From Sminthopsis crassicaudata (taxonomy: Eukaryota): a stretch of 64,000 nucleotides of DNA. Within the stretch, counting starts at the first letter, position 1. Each line of letters opens with the position of its first letter. Both the position numbers and the translations under genes were made by a program. A model generated the notes under the pieces. It made no database searches. It was not told the origin of the DNA and was given only the letters and a program-made list of their open reading frames with translations. The stretch covers positions 417,721,644 to 417,785,643 of the forward strand of contig NC_133619.1 in assembly GCF_048593235.1 (NCBI RefSeq), in the 5' to 3' direction. Shown here in pieces: positions 13,138 to 27,164 of the stretch.

Positions 13138-14989
13138 TTTCTGAAAAGTTTCTCTTTGAAATTCCTAGAATTAGAAACAAACAAACAACCACCACCACAA
13201 AAGTGAGATAGTTCAGCATTGTCAGAAATCTGGGCTTCATAAGAAATAAATTTGAAATCTATTATGCAAGTAATCATTCCATTTTTATAAAATTACTTTT
13301 TAATGATAAATTATCATTTGAGAAATTTTCAGTGAAACAAGTATAAGGGATAGCACAAACATGTAATTAATAGTAATTAAAGGCAGTGTGACAAAGTGGA
13401 AAAAAGGATCCAGGACTCAAAACTAGGAAAGCCTGGGTTCAAGTACTCTCTCTGGCACATTCCATCTGTGTGATCTTGAGCAAGCAACTTAACTTCTTGA
13501 TGCTCTAGGAAACCCTTTAAGATTATAAATCACAGAAAAAATTATAACCTATAAGGGAATTTCTTCCCTTCTCATTATATTTTTGTGGGACTAGATTCAA
13601 TATCACAGGACCCCAATGAGGGAGAAAAAGTGAATGAAAACCAAAGAGGATAAGCTATCATTTAAATAATTTCTCAGAACACAGAGGATGCCCTAATTCA
13701 AAACGACTTGAAAAGTTTAAATATATAATACTTTGTACTACTATTTTATAGGAGAGATGAATTTATGTGTAATGCCTACCATGCTGATATTCTTCAGTGT
13801 AGATGGTTGACAACAAACATTACTTAGACTCTTTCACTCAAAGCAGAAACCCAATAACTTCTAAGTGCCTTTAATCAATACTTTAGTGGTTTAGGTGAAA
13901 TATTTGAAGGTGACGTCATTCAGTTGTACTTTTAATGTAGTCTTTGAAAAAAGTCTTTTCTGTGCAAGAGATCAGCATTTTGAAAATACAATTAGGAATC
14001 TATCCCTTTTGCCATTTCTTCATGGTGAAATCATCTCTTTTTTATAAATGTGAAAACTGTTTTGGACATACTGTAATACTTGTTCCCTGAAGTACCTAAA
14101 TAGTTTATAAAATTGATATCAACTTTAATTTCTGTTTATGTTCATAAGTTGTGATGTACATCCATTTAATGGGAAAGGTGAATATAGTTCAGTAGGTATA
14201 GGACCATGCTGCCTGAATATCTATTTAATACTTATTTATAGTAATTTTACAATGAAGGTATTTGAGATTAGCCAGCACAGATAATATTTCTATTCTAAAT
14301 ATTTTATTCTACTATACCTATTTTTTGTGACCTCATTACTTGTAGACTAAAAAGCTAAATGTATAAAAAAAAAAAGTCTTAGATTCAGTATTTATCCTGT
14401 AAATAGTAATATCCTTAGCTGTAATAGCTTTATACTTTCTATAAATGTAAAAACATACATTCAAAGGTAGAAATAATTTTAGGAATGAAATTCATTCTTT
14501 GGCTTGCCTTGTTACACTGTCATATATGATATGCCTTGTTACATAGTCATACATTCAGTTTATTTTTATTTTTGCATTTTAATTGGAAAACAAGTTCAAT
14601 TTTCATTTTCATACAACAAATGTGTCAGGAAACATCTTACTTCTTGGAGTAGTATGTGTCTGGCATAGTTACAATAAAACTACTTTTAAATCTCATACCT
14701 ATCAGATTGGCTAAAATGATAAAAAGGGGAAAATGACAAATGCTGGAGGGGATCTGGAAAAATAATACACTGTTTATAGAATTTTATTGATCTAACCATT
14801 TCAGAGAGTAATTTCAAAGGACTTATTAACCTTCCCTTTTACATAAAGGGAAATAGTCTTCCCAGTCTCTCAGGCTCAAAACCTGGGAATCATCCTGATT
14901 TCCTCACTATCTCTCACCCCTTCCCCCCCCCCCAACTGACTAGGGAAGTACCGGAAACTAAAACTCCTTCAAGGAGAAAGTCTCTGGCT

Positions 14990-15180
14990 ACATAAGGAGA
15001 AGACAGTACTCACTGAAAAAGACCCTGATGTTGAGATTGAAGGCAAAAGGAAAAGGGGCAGCAGAGGATGAGATAAACAGATAGTATTAAAATAGGGAAC
15101 ATGAACTTGGACAGATAGTGAAAGAAAAAAGGATCTGGGGTCACAAAGGGTCTGAACATAATTAAACAGCAACAAGAAGT
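14990..15180 (+). mobile_element. RTE/BovB-like LINE 3' end
   Basis: gaaaaagaccctgatgttgagattgaaggcaaaaggaaaaggggcagcagaggatgagat is the typical RTE 3' coding end, followed by a (caa)-type tail. Confidence 0.6.
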
Positions 15181-15649
15181 AAATGCTTGTTGTTTAATTC
15201 TTTAACTAAATTGTTTAACTGCTTTCAGCCTTGTTTCAGTCCACTCCTCTGTATTTTATGTAACCTATAATTTTGCTGCATTTGACTTCTTACTGTTACT
15301 TGATCTATTCTGATTATCTCTTCATTTAATTAAATGTATAAAATAATTTGTAAAACTAAATAATCTCAAAGATCCCTTCCAGCTCTGTTTCTTTGCATGG
15401 AATGAAACCCAATACTTTTTTCTCTCAGTGAAATCAGGAATATCCTTTGATATGTAGCTTAGTTGTCAATATCTTCAGGAAGCTTTGTCTGGTTAACTTC
15501 CACGCTAGCTGCTCCTTGTTTATAGACTTCCAAACATTATAAGTATTCTAATTTGGATACTAGTTATTTAGGGACAAATTTTATTTCCCCTATTTATGTT
15601 TTATGTTCTCATCGAAGAATAGTTGTAAATTGAATAATCAATAGGTAAA

Positions 15650-15830
15650 GGGCCTGGCCTCAGACACTTACTAGCTGTATGACCCTGTGCAAGTCACTTA
15701 ACCCTGTTTGCCTGTTTCCTCATCTGCAAAATAAACTGGAGAAGAAAATGACAAACCATTTCAGAACCTTTGTAAAGAAAACTCTAAATGGGATCAGAAA
15801 AGTCAATCCCTACTGAACAATGATTATATA
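15650..15830 (+). mobile_element. MIR/Mar1-type CORE SINE
   Basis: ctcagacacttactagctgtatgaccctgtgcaagtcacttaacc...ctggagaagaaaatgacaaacc; coordinates approximate. Confidence 0.6.
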
Positions 15831-16399
15831 TAAACTTTGTCACCTAATTTATTTTTTTATCCTGATTTATGATTTTATCTACGTAGGTAACTCCCTATGA
15901 AAAAACTCCTTTTCACAGAAACAAATCTAGCAATTCCTTTGTAACATTGTCATATCCCAGCTGTGTGACCCTAGACAAGTGACAACCTGGCTCAGCTTCA
16001 TTTTCCTTTCATTCAAATGAGGATATTAGCACCTACTTCACAGGGTAGCTGCGAGATAACATCGGTAAAGTACTTTTGCAAACCTTGAAGGACTAATTCT
16101 TTTTCTTCTTTTCCAGTGTTGCTTGCCCACAGATATCCAGTGTGTTAAAGCACCACTTGATTCCAGGTCTTCCAGCCCTCTGGCAGGCTCCTCTATTCCT
16201 TGGAGGGGCTGCCAGTTTATACACCTAATAAATGTAAATACATACTGCACACTAAGAGCTAAATAAATAAATGTGTTCTATCGCATTTTCTAATTTGGGA
16301 GATCGGTAGGAGGGTGATGCGGGGGTGGGGAGGGACTATCAGAGGAATTCTGGTTGTAATCTGGTTGTAGTCTGGGTTTAAGGGAAATACTTTCTGAGA

Positions 16400-16870
16400 G
16401 GATTTGAGTGGCTCCTCGGTGTGAAGATGAGGGAGAGGACCCAGTCTTAGGGGTCCTCCGGGAGAGGAACCATTCTTAGGGCTCCTCGGGTGCGAAGATA
16501 TGGAGAGAGCCAGTTTATGGAGACCCCGGGGTCGGACCTAATTAGGTCCAGCCCACTCCTTCCCACGGTGTCCACCTCAGCTTTTGGTTGGAGGCTTCTC
16601 CTACAACCGGGGCAGGAAAAGGGGGCGGAGGCAGGACTTGCGTTTCCCAGGGTCTCGGCGTCGGTGGATCAGGGCCTCCGCCCAGGCTTGCCTGGTCCTG
16701 GGGCCGGCCAGCGGCTACCGGATTCGAAGTCGTTCCCGGATTCTGGAGGGGGAGGGGAAGGGGAAGAAAGAAGGGGAGGGAGGGAGGGGGAGGGAGGAGG
16801 GAGGCAGCGATAGGGTGAGTCTCTACTTTTAAACTTCACTGGTGGAGGGAATTTCCTCACCGGGACTTCC
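16400..16870 (-). promoter_or_regulatory. CpG island, probable ANKAR promoter / non-coding first exon
   Basis: GC- and CpG-rich island in AT-rich background, ~3.3 kb upstream of the ANKAR ATG exon; GC boxes (gggggcggag); TSS not determinable from sequence. Confidence 0.7.
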
Positions 16871-18894
16871 CTATGCTACTGAAATAAAAGGTCTGGTCTA
16901 AAAAAAAATCTGGTCCACTTAGTGATTTAATATTCGAAGAACTTATAAGCAATATTATGTGCAAGGCTCAGTGGAAGGGTGGATTACAAAATAGAACTAT
17001 AAAGCACATTATTTTCAGTTTATAAACTAGTAGGGGAAAAGATATGCATATATGTAAAGATATACACACAACAGCATAATAAAATAAGAAATATAGTGTT
17101 ATATATACGGACATACACGTAGCACATGTAAATATTATATATGCACATGCAGGTATACAATAGAGCATAAACCATATACTGCCAATGCCACATGAATGTC
17201 GTGGATAATAAGTACTACAGGGGTTGTGAATTGGTATTTGATATGGTACTTGAAAGATGGGTATGAATTGGATAGGGGAGAGGACCAACATGAGGGGATA
17301 CAAGTTTTCTAGGACTGTAGTTAAATCACTTTGCCTGGAGCACAGATTAGCAGATCATCTGAAAAACTACCCAGCTGCTTCACTTTCACATTTCCAGAGT
17401 TCTCTGATTTTACCTGTTCTCTTAAATCTCTTCCATATATCACATTGATCCACATATCTGTCATACTGAGAGTAAATACTCGTAAAATTTTTTCTTCTGC
17501 ATTCTCAGCACTAAGCAGAATACCTCACATATAGTGGCAATAATGATTGAAAGTACATACTTACTTGAAAGAAATTATTAATAGCAATAATGGTTAAATT
17601 AAATTAAAGGAAGTATATTCCAAATCATATTGTTTTGAATGCTGATGTTAGCAGATAAAAAAAAAAACAATTAACAAATGTATTATCATATTTGGTATTC
17701 TTTGCTGTGGCCTGGAGAATATTTTGCAATTTGTACAGTGCTTTGAATCATTCCAAACTTGTGACCTCAAGAGCTTATCAACAATTCTGATGATTATATT
17801 TGGCCCAGAATGGGACATCATAATCTTAGAGAGCTGAAAGCTCTAAAGAATAAACAATAAGAGCAATAGAAACAAGGAGGCTTTAAGAAAGTTGTGGTAA
17901 ATGAACAGAAATGAGCATTAGAAGTGGCATGAAAAGCATGAAAAACATATATCATCAAAATGAGCTACTCCTTAATAGTCCAAGTGGTTCAGTGGACTAT
18001 CCACTTAAAAATCAGGACTTTATAAAAAAGGAAGAATTCTGAATATCCCCAAATCATTGGTTATTAATAATCGCTCTCATGCTTCTGAGAAAATTCACTG
18101 CTCTAGTTCTAAGATCCAGGGACTTTAGCCACATTTTACAAGATCCTTAAAAGAATAAGATATAGACAAATAATACAAGATGAGACTGAATCATTTTATT
18201 AGTGGAGGGATCAACCACACTAACAAAATCACATCTCACAAGTAACAGAAGAGGCAAGAGAGCTACTCAAGCATTTGAAGATGAAAATATTTTTTTGAAA
18301 AATTAAACAGTAGAGGTCAACATGGTCTATACTCAAAAACCTGAAGGCAATGAGACTAGGTAGGAAAACTAACACAATCACCCATATACTGACTGAACAG
18401 TTCCCTGAATAGACAGACAGATACTTTACTGCTTGACGATGTGCTTTCTTCCTTTTAAATATATTATAAAGGTGATGCAAATTCCTACTCATTCAATGAA
18501 AGGGATCCGATCAGACATCTCATTACTTTTATCCAATGCTTCCAATATATCCAAAAAGGATTTTGCTGTGATAGTAATTTGTGCTAATATTTAATCTTAT
18601 CAGAAAAACGATAATCATTTTCCCTAAAATCAATCTATCATGATATAGTTACCGAAGATCATACTGATTAGCCTGTATTTCATAACTAATTTCGCTGCAA
18701 CACTATGGATATCCAAATTAAAATTTAATTTGTTTTGTGGAGGAGAGACTGGGAGAGATCTATATATTTTGTTTTTTCTTTGAAATGCTTATTATAGGCC
18801 AGTAAGATAATGGAAGGAAAAGAGGAAAGAAACAAGGTAGACGTGACTATAGGTATGAAGAGAATGAGAAAAACAAAGTAGATGCTTTATTGTT

Positions 18895-19110
18895 GTTTAG
18901 GAGTTTGACTCTTCATGAGCTTATTTAGGATTTTCTTGGCAAAGATACTGCAGTAATTTGTCATTTCCTTCTCCAGCTCATTTATGGATGGGGTAAATAG
19001 GGCTAACTGATTTTGCCTAGGGTGACACAATAAGTGAAGCTGGAATTGAATTTAGGAATATGAGAATTCCTGACTTCAGGCCTGGCACTATTTACTGTGC
19101 TACCTAGAAC
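18895..19110 (-). mobile_element. Mar1/WALLSI-type SINE
   Basis: gattttcttggcaaagatactgcagtaatttgtcatttccttctccagctcattt followed by a CORE-like segment; coordinates approximate. Confidence 0.55.
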
Positions 19111-20822
19111 TTAAAAGTATAAATAGATTTAATGGCTCAGAGTTTAATGCTGATTGTAAAATGTGGCTAAGGTCCTTGGATCTTAGAACTAGAGCAGTGA
19201 ATTTTCTCAGAAGCATGAGAGAAATTATTAATAACCAATGATTAGGGGATAGTCAGAATTCTTCCCTTTTTATAAAGTCCTGATTTTTAAGTCAGTCTCT
19301 TAAAGGACATTAATGATAATTAAAATGGACTGATTTTCTGGTTCTGACCCTAGCCAAGTAGAATAGCCATTGTATCCTGCTCAGACTTGGATGGGGTATA
19401 CTGAATAGACTGCCAAAGGCTAGGATGGTCTAAGTAGAAATCAGTCTCTCAGTCCAAAGGTTAACATGATGTCACTCAGCTGTCACTGAACACCTACTCT
19501 TTGAAGGGTATATAAACTGTGAGCCTGCCATCATGATAGTCTTTTTATTAATAATGTGTTGGCTTCATTTATAAAATGACTAATTATCCAGAAACAATAT
19601 CTCTCAAACCTTTTTAATCATCACAACAGCTTGAGTAATTTTTAAAGGTGACCAGTCATGGAAATAGGCAAAATAGTGATTCTTCCCCTATGGTAGCAGA
19701 TTCTTACTTTTAAAACAGAGAATAACAGGAGAGGGCTAATATTACATGTGGCAAGCTTAAATCACATCATCTTACATTTTTACTCAGTAATTGAAGATAA
19801 ATTCCAACTGCCAAGACAAAAATATTACAAAGGATTCCTGTTTTTTATGAGTTGCTTCATCTCAAATAAATATAAATTGGAAGGGCAATCCGAACAAAGT
19901 TAACTAAGGTACAATAATTACTACTGTTATGTAAATGCTGTTTTATGGAAAGGCAGCTGGGTGATACAGGAATGAGCCTGGAGCCTGGTATTAGGAATTA
20001 CCCAAGTTAAAATCCTACCTCAGACATTTAGTAGCTATGTGACTTTGGGCAATTCACTTTTGTCTGTTTCCTCATCTGTAAAATGACAAAAAGAGGAAAA
20101 AGACGAAAGTCTGGTATCTTAGTAAAAAACCAAAACAAACAAAAAAATGGAGTAAAAGCCCTGTTTTATGGAAACTCACAGGAATGAAAAATTTCTACAA
20201 ATCTGTAGACATTAAGAATATTAAGATTTTTTCTTCATATTTGGTAAAGTCACTAACACTTCTACTTTACTTTCCAAATAGTTTAGAAGTAGCCCTTGTA
20301 CTGTAAGAGGGTAATATTAACCTGTTAAATTTTAAACTCTTACTAAGCTAGAAACTGGACCTGTGTTTTTACTGAGTCCTAAGAAGTGAAGTGACTCACC
20401 CGAGGTAAAGTAACCACTGTGAATGAAACAGCAGGATTTAAAACCAGTTTATAAACTATTTTCTGAAATGTTCCTTACACTCTTAAAAAAAACCTGGAAT
20501 TTAACCTTAATCTGAGCTTTAACTTCCTCTGAATAACTGAGGGTTTTATACTGGGGCATTAAAAATTTGAGATATTGCCAAGAACACTTTCTGTCCTTTA
20601 ATAACCTTAATAACTTAGACCTAATTAGAATGAAAAAAAATAGTTAAAACAGGTAGCTACCAGATGACATATTCCTCCTCAAATCTTTGAGAGCATTTTG
20701 TGTAAGTTAGTACAGACAAAAAATTCTTAGTAGCAATTCTTGTCCTTTAAGCAAATGGTTAATATATCTATTTTATGGGTAATGAATAAATGAACTACAT
20801 TACACAATGATAGAAAAAAAAT

Positions 20823-20828
20823 TTTATT
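20823..20828 (-). terminator. ASNSD1 polyadenylation signal (AATAAA)
   Basis: First canonical AATAAA on minus, ~60 nt after the ASNSD1 stop. Confidence 0.6.
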
Positions 20829-20890
20829 TTTATGCAATAATTTGATAAATGTTGTAAAGTGTACACTTATTAAGAGCCTATCCAACAAAG

Positions 20891-21146
20891 TTATTCTGAG
20901 GATAACACCTGGAGTCTATCACATTTATCAGAAGCCTTTTCATTATTATTTTCCATTTTTGCAATTTTAGATCCAAACTGCATAGCTCTTTTTGGCAAAA
21001 CAGTAGAAGCTGTAAGACCAAGTTCTAATGCTGCAAGGCGCAAAATCAATTTTTCACCAACTCCACGTGGCAAAGTCAAGTCTGTTTTTTCCAAAATAGA
21101 TAGTGAATTTAGAAAGGAGACAACATTTTCATCAAGAAAAGGAAAC
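20891..21146 (-). CDS. ASNSD1: ASNSD1 last coding exon (exon 6)
   Basis: Acceptor tttcaatttAG at 21147-21148; phase-2 join gives [16 protein letters not shown]...[10 protein letters not shown]...[12 protein letters not shown]...LQVLSSE*; stop TAA at 20891-20893. Confidence 0.95.
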
Positions 21147-22512
21147 CTAAATTGAAAAATAAAATTTTCATGAAATGAGGTTAAAAATTAATGCCCAACT
21201 CTGTTCATTATTGTTTTTAACATTGTTGATTTAGGATGAACAATTCTAGTGGAAAATAAAACTTTGAAGTTACTGTTTCTAGCAATGTAATTATGAAAAC
21301 TACTTTGGCTGAATGGAGTCAATGAATTAGTACAAAATAGAAATTAATTAGGGTAAAAAGATATGTCTCAATACTTGTCAAATAACAAAGAACAAGATTT
21401 TAAATTGTCAAATTCAACATCTTGAAGATTTACTTAAAAAGAAATATAATCACAATAAATATTTTTGTTTTTTCTATCACATTCAACCCACAGAAATAAA
21501 AGTTATGGCGAATGAAAAATAAGGTGTCAAGATGCCAAATCCTTTTATATTTCAAAGTATAAACTTGAAAAATCATCATATTTATTTAATAATGTTCAAA
21601 TTTTAAAAGTCACTGAGTATGATAACTCAAGTATTATTTTCAAGTTTTTTAGGTTATTTTATTAGGTATTAATAACATTAGCAAGAATCTGTCAGATTTA
21701 TCTCAACTGTTTTCACTTCTTTCTTTTCTAGCTCTGCAAATCTTTTGCTTGCCCCTAATTGTTAGCCTTTTTGCTACTGACTAATCCTCATCACCCCCTA
21801 AAAAAACAATTATTACTATAACACAAATGATTAATGCCAAATAATGTTTCTGTTACATATTACAGAGTAATTCTTCCTTAACAAAAGCTAGCAAAAAAAA
21901 AAAAATTACAACAGCATTTTTCTGATTAGAAGAACCATAAATATCAGTAAAGCACTTTTACTGTGGTTCAATTACTGAGATATAGAAAAAAACAAGGATC
22001 TTATATTAAAATGTAATAGTACTTAAAAAAACAGGAAGATCTATATAATGCCAACATACTGTAATTTCTGGGAACTTTCCAAATGTATTTTTTCCCTTGT
22101 GGTAAAATAATGTTTTCATAAATAATATATAATTCAGGTCTTTTGAATATGTTTTAAAGGAAAAAATTCCCTCCCATTAAACTAAACAGGCATATTTGGG
22201 TATAAATTAATAGAATCTCAATGAAAAAGAAAACAGTTGCAAATAATACAGGTTTTGAAATTTGTAGTAAATTTCAAATATTAACAAATAATTGGTTTAA
22301 AGAGCAAGATTAGTGATAAAATATGTACATTCAACTACTTTAAAGACTATTTCATTGTGTCTTTACATGTTGCCTTCAGAAATAAAGTTATACATAAAAG
22401 AATCTTAGACCTAATATAAGATGATACATTTGAAAATATTTTGTTCTTTGGAGGGTATTTACAATATAAAGCCAGGCTAGTATCACTGATATTTCTATTT
22501 ATGTTATCATCC

Positions 22513-22545
<33 letters not shown>

Positions 22546-22807
22546 AACTTAAAAGGCCCAGATTAGGGTAATGTAAAGTATCCTGGATCAGAAGTTGGTA
22601 AACCCACAGACTCTCTCTCTCATTAACTTGCTATGTGACCTTAATTATACCACTACTTCTCTAAATTTTTTTCATTTGTAAGAGGAAAGTGGATTATATG
22701 ATCTTTGATAGTTTAGAACTTTTCTAATTTTTAATCTCTGTCCTAATCTTTAACAGTTAATACTTTCTCTGTATCCTCACCAAAGCCACATCATTTGGAT
22801 TACTTAC

Positions 22808-22989
22808 CTTGCTTCTTTTCCATGATCACCAATAACCCTGTCATCACGACCAAGATTTCTAGAAGAAATTCGACCCAGCTCCATTTCTAGTTCTTTATTT
22901 AATGCCTCTAGACCATGTGTCTTGAAACGAACACGATGACGAGAATATCCTGCAAGCTGTTCATCTGCACCAATCCCAGTAAGAACTAC
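22808..22989 (-). CDS. ASNSD1: ASNSD1 exon 5 (182 nt)
   Basis: cttctatAG acceptor and AAG|GTAAGT donor; [19 protein letters not shown]...[21 protein letters not shown] contains the asparagine-synthetase GxGADE motif. Confidence 0.95.
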
Positions 22990-23099
22990 CTATAGAAGTT
23001 TAAATACATTTAATTACATTTTGTTTTTAACATAAGGCTAAGTAAAATAACTCAATAAGGGAAAGCCATAATAAAACTAAAGCAGAAAGGAAAGTATTA

Positions 23100-23705
23100 A
23101 GATGACAGGAAAATGTAATGATAAATGTTGGAGATAATGGTGGAAAAACTAGGACTCTAATGCATTATTGGTGGAGTTGTGACATGACCCAACCATTTTG
23201 GAGAGCAATTTGGAGGTATTCCCAACGGTTTCTAAAAACTACGTATACTCTAATCCAATAGTGTCACTACTGTTTCCCAGAGATCATAAAACAGGGAAAT
23301 GTCACACATGCAAAAATGTTTCTAGAACCTCTTTTTATGGTGGAAAGCAATTGGAAATGAGTGGATGTCCATCAAGTGGGGGTTGAATAAGTAATGGTAT
23401 AAGAATGGAATGAAATATTATTGTTTTATAAGAAACGATGAGGCTGGTATTTTCACCTTTTTTGTTTGCTTTTTCTTTCTCGTGTTCTTTTCCCTTTTGT
23501 CTGATTGCACAACATGACAAATATGTTAATATGTTTAAAAGTATTGTACATGTATGACCTATATCAGATTGCTTATTGTCTTGGAGAGGGAGGTGATAAA
23601 GAAAGGAAGGATAAAAAAAAATTAAAACACAAAATCTTACAAAAATGAATACTGAAAACAATCTTTACAAGTTTGGGGGGAAATAAAATACTATTTAAAA
23701 AAAAT
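23100..23705 (+). mobile_element. L1 3' fragment (ORF2 end plus 3' UTR), antisense in ASNSD1 intron 4
   Basis: tggagttgtga...ccaaccattttggagagcaatttgg and ggatgtccatcaa motifs; A-rich tail at ~23690-23715. Confidence 0.75.
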
Positions 23706-24254
23706 GAAAAAAGAAAGGAAAGGAAAGCATTTCCAAATAAAACAATTCAAAAAATACAAAGGCATAAAAACGTTAGGTATATTAAAAAAAGCTTCATATA
23801 TTATCCTGACTTACATTTTAATTATGCTGTTGTTTTTAATTTCATGTTAAAATATTAGGGAAAAACATCTGTTCCAAAATAAGCTAATAAATGAATTAAG
23901 TCATCATTTAATAAATATTTATCATCTGTCCAGTACTGGAAATGAGAAAAAGGAACAACCTGTCCTCTATTTGTTTGCCTTAACAAAATTAATGATTTAG
24001 TTAATAATCATAAATTAATGATAAAGTATTTCCTTTACAAAAACTCTCCAAAGATATTTATATTTTATGATGGAAACATCAGAATTTTTCCATTACACAA
24101 ATTAGCTATCATTTTCTGATACCAAATAAAATCAACCAAAGGTTTATGTAAGTTATTTCTCTAATAATTTGATAATACAATTATCTGCTCCATTTATTAA
24201 ACTTATCTATAGTAAGACTAAGAAATTATTACAATTTAAGAATCTATACCATAC

Positions 24255-25721
24255 CTTTGCAGAACTTTGGTATGGTTTCATTTCATCTTCTTTCATAGCA
24301 TAGCCAATGCCTCTAGAAGCAAACCAAACTGCACAACCAATGCTGTCATCCAAAACTGTATTCAAGGGTTGAACTAATTGGCTTATACGATGTTGTCTCA
24401 TTCTCTGTAATTCTTCCAGGGAAACATTAATTTCAACAAAATTCCAAATTCTTAAAGGATTTAAATTTTTCAATTCTTTTAGTCCTGCTCTGCCAGTAAC
24501 TCGGTCTGGCACATTAATATTTTGGTCTTGAATATTGTCAATTGTGGTAGCAGATCTTTTATTGTTTTCCTCAGAAGGTGTTTCAACATGTTTTTTTGCC
24601 TTATCACTATTTTTGGTGAAAGTAGTATGCCCAGGCTGTTCTTCAGTCATGAAAGCTACATTAAGAAGATCGATGGGTTCATCAAAAGGAACATGTCGAT
24701 CAGCAAGGCTTGCAATAACCATGGAATCAATACCACCAGAAAAAAGTACTGCAATATTTGCCTTCTTAGCAGAGGCCTTAGAAAGGTTATCATTTAGGAA
24801 TAGACCTTCAGTTCTCGATAAACATAAAACTCGTCTCTTTACTGCTTCACTTAAGACATTAATTAAATGATGAACTGTTTTTTTCATGTGCTCATCTTTA
24901 AGAAAAACCTGAAGATTTTCTATAGTTGCTGTGACATGAGATCTATGAGCAGGTTCAAATGAATCTTGTGGTGGTAAATTTGTATTTAATGGAGTAACAG
25001 GTGTCTCAAGAAAAAGTCTGGCGTCATTTATCTCAATAGATACAAATTTTGGCAAATCATCTGAAATCTGATTAAGACTCTTGTCAACATTCTCTATTGT
25101 ATCATCTTTAGAAATGTATTTCCAAGGATACAATTTTAAAACCACACGTTTGGAAATGGCAGAGGATTTGAGATCAATTCTGAAAATTCCACATGCTGGA
25201 ACTTCCTGCCACTTGTTTTCTATTCCAACATCTTGAGCACCCACTGAAGCAAGGCAGAAACCCTCTCCTGTATTACTAAAATGCCAAAGTAAGCTACGAC
25301 GACCAAAATAATCCCTACCAAACCACACACAATGACTAGATATCTGGTAATAAATAAAAGCCCATGGACCACGGATGCTTGAAAAAAGTGATATAATTTC
25401 AGATTCATTATTAAATGAAGAAAGATGATTAAACATAATTTGAGTATCATTCTCTTCAGCTCCTACATTTATCCCACTAAAGACTTCTCCATTCCAAAGG
25501 AATACATTGCCTCTTCCATCTTCAATAGGCTGGGGAGTCAAAAGACCTCTTAAGTGAAGGACATGACCAGAAAATAAACAATGATAATCATTATCAGTCT
25601 TTAACACCTGATGACTACTGTTGGGTCCTCGTCGCTTGAGATTCTGGAGTAAATTCTTGTGTAAAAATTCATACCCACCATGTTCAATAGATAAAGTGAC
25701 TGAACAACAAATACCACACAT
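24255..25721 (-). CDS. ASNSD1: ASNSD1 first coding segment (exon 4), asparagine synthetase domain-containing protein 1; total CDS 634 aa
   Basis: MCGIC start (Ntn-amidotransferase Cys2), [16 protein letters not shown]-loop SGGIDS; donor AAG|GTATGG at 24254; 489 codons. With exons 5 and 6 this gives 634 aa. Confidence 0.97.
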
Positions 25722-25740
25722 TTTGTGTAATTTAGCAAAC

Positions 25741-25811
25741 TTATTTCTTGATTTTGTTTTTTTCTGTATTTTCGACTTCCTGGTGGATTTTTTTCAACTC
25801 ATCTAATGTGT
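25741..25811 (-). CDS. ASDURF: ASDURF coding exon 4 (5' part of ASNSD1 exon 4), contains stop
   Basis: Acceptor cccccacAG at 25812-25813; phase-1 join gives [26 protein letters not shown] at 25741-25743, 19 nt before the ASNSD1 ATG. Confidence 0.92.
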
Positions 25812-26178
25812 CTGTGGGGAAAAAAAGGGAATATTAAATTAAGTATTTTAGACTACTATTAACTTATAATGCAGGTAATTCAACTATATCAGTCTTATAA
25901 TAGAATAAGACATATCCTGATAGTACACAAGAATACTAATCATTTTATTTGTTTTATTATGTTTAAAGTGCACAACTGACTGCTTGAATTGGAGGCAAGC
26001 TAGTATAATTTTGTAGTCTTCCATACTTTTGAACATTTAATTCAAAGATCAATCTCATTTAATCAAAACATACATGACGAATTCTTTATTAATATACAAT
26101 TAGCATCATATCTAGTATGACTTTTAAAATTTTGTTATTAAAACAACTACAATCACTTTTTAAAAAAATGAAATTCTA

Positions 26179-26322
<144 letters not shown>

Positions 26323-27164
26323 TCAAGATTTGATCCATTAAGTAGCAAATCTTTGAAAACATTTGCAATCACTCAATGACTTAACTTCTACTATCTACAT
26401 ACAAAGCCTATCTACATACTACTATCTACATACATAAGATATGGTATAGGACGCTCTTGCTTAACATTTTAAGCCCTAGAAAATTGCTTGGGAAATTTAT
26501 AAAGTGCCTTGATTAGTGTAATACAGCCAATATGTGTAAATCAAAACTTGAATTCAGGGTCTTTCTGATTCAGAAACTATCTATATATCACTATGCCACA
26601 CTGAATTGCATGGTTTTTAAAATATTCAAATGTATTATTCTGTCAAAACTGTTAACAAACAGTGCAAGCTTTTTGATGGCACTAAATGGACAAGTGAAGT
26701 TTGTGAAAAATTTTTAAGAATCATTTTTGTGTCTTATGATTCATCCTTTTTAAATTTACCAACCAAACCTATCTCACTTAAATAAGTACTTCTACATGTT
26801 CTCAGTGCAACTTAAAGTACACTGTACTTCTAAAGAAAGATACTAAAGACATGATGAAGAAGAGTACCAGCTCTTAATGAATCTGGCTTCAAATTCAAAT
26901 TTCATAAATATGTTTCCTTCTGAATTCTTAGTTTCCCTAACTGTAAAATAAGGGAGTTGACTAGATGGTTTCTGAGGTTCCTTTCACCTCTAAATCATTA
27001 GACTTAAATTACTCAAAGATAAAATAGGAACCTATTTTTTAAGACTATAAAAGATAAGGAAATATAACAGAATTGATCAATGGAAAGACACTATAAATTG
27101 CAAACATAATTAAAAAGCCACAACAGTGACTCTTGTATGTAACAAAGATTTTATGGCTCTGATC

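Noticed and set aside
16640-16660. RFX X-box-like sequence (gtttcccagggtctc) in the ANKAR island
   Set aside because: Only one half-site fits the consensus; too degenerate to call.
17620-18800. Coding-looking stretch between ASNSD1 and ANKAR, including the hydrophobic 87-aa ORF at 18229-18492
   Set aside because: Frequent stops in all frames, no recognisable motif or consistent splice pattern; a TBLASTX/Dfam search would be needed to revive it.
24522-25806. Several 60-110 aa ORFs overlapping ASNSD1 exon 4
   Set aside because: Shadow frames of a real coding exon.
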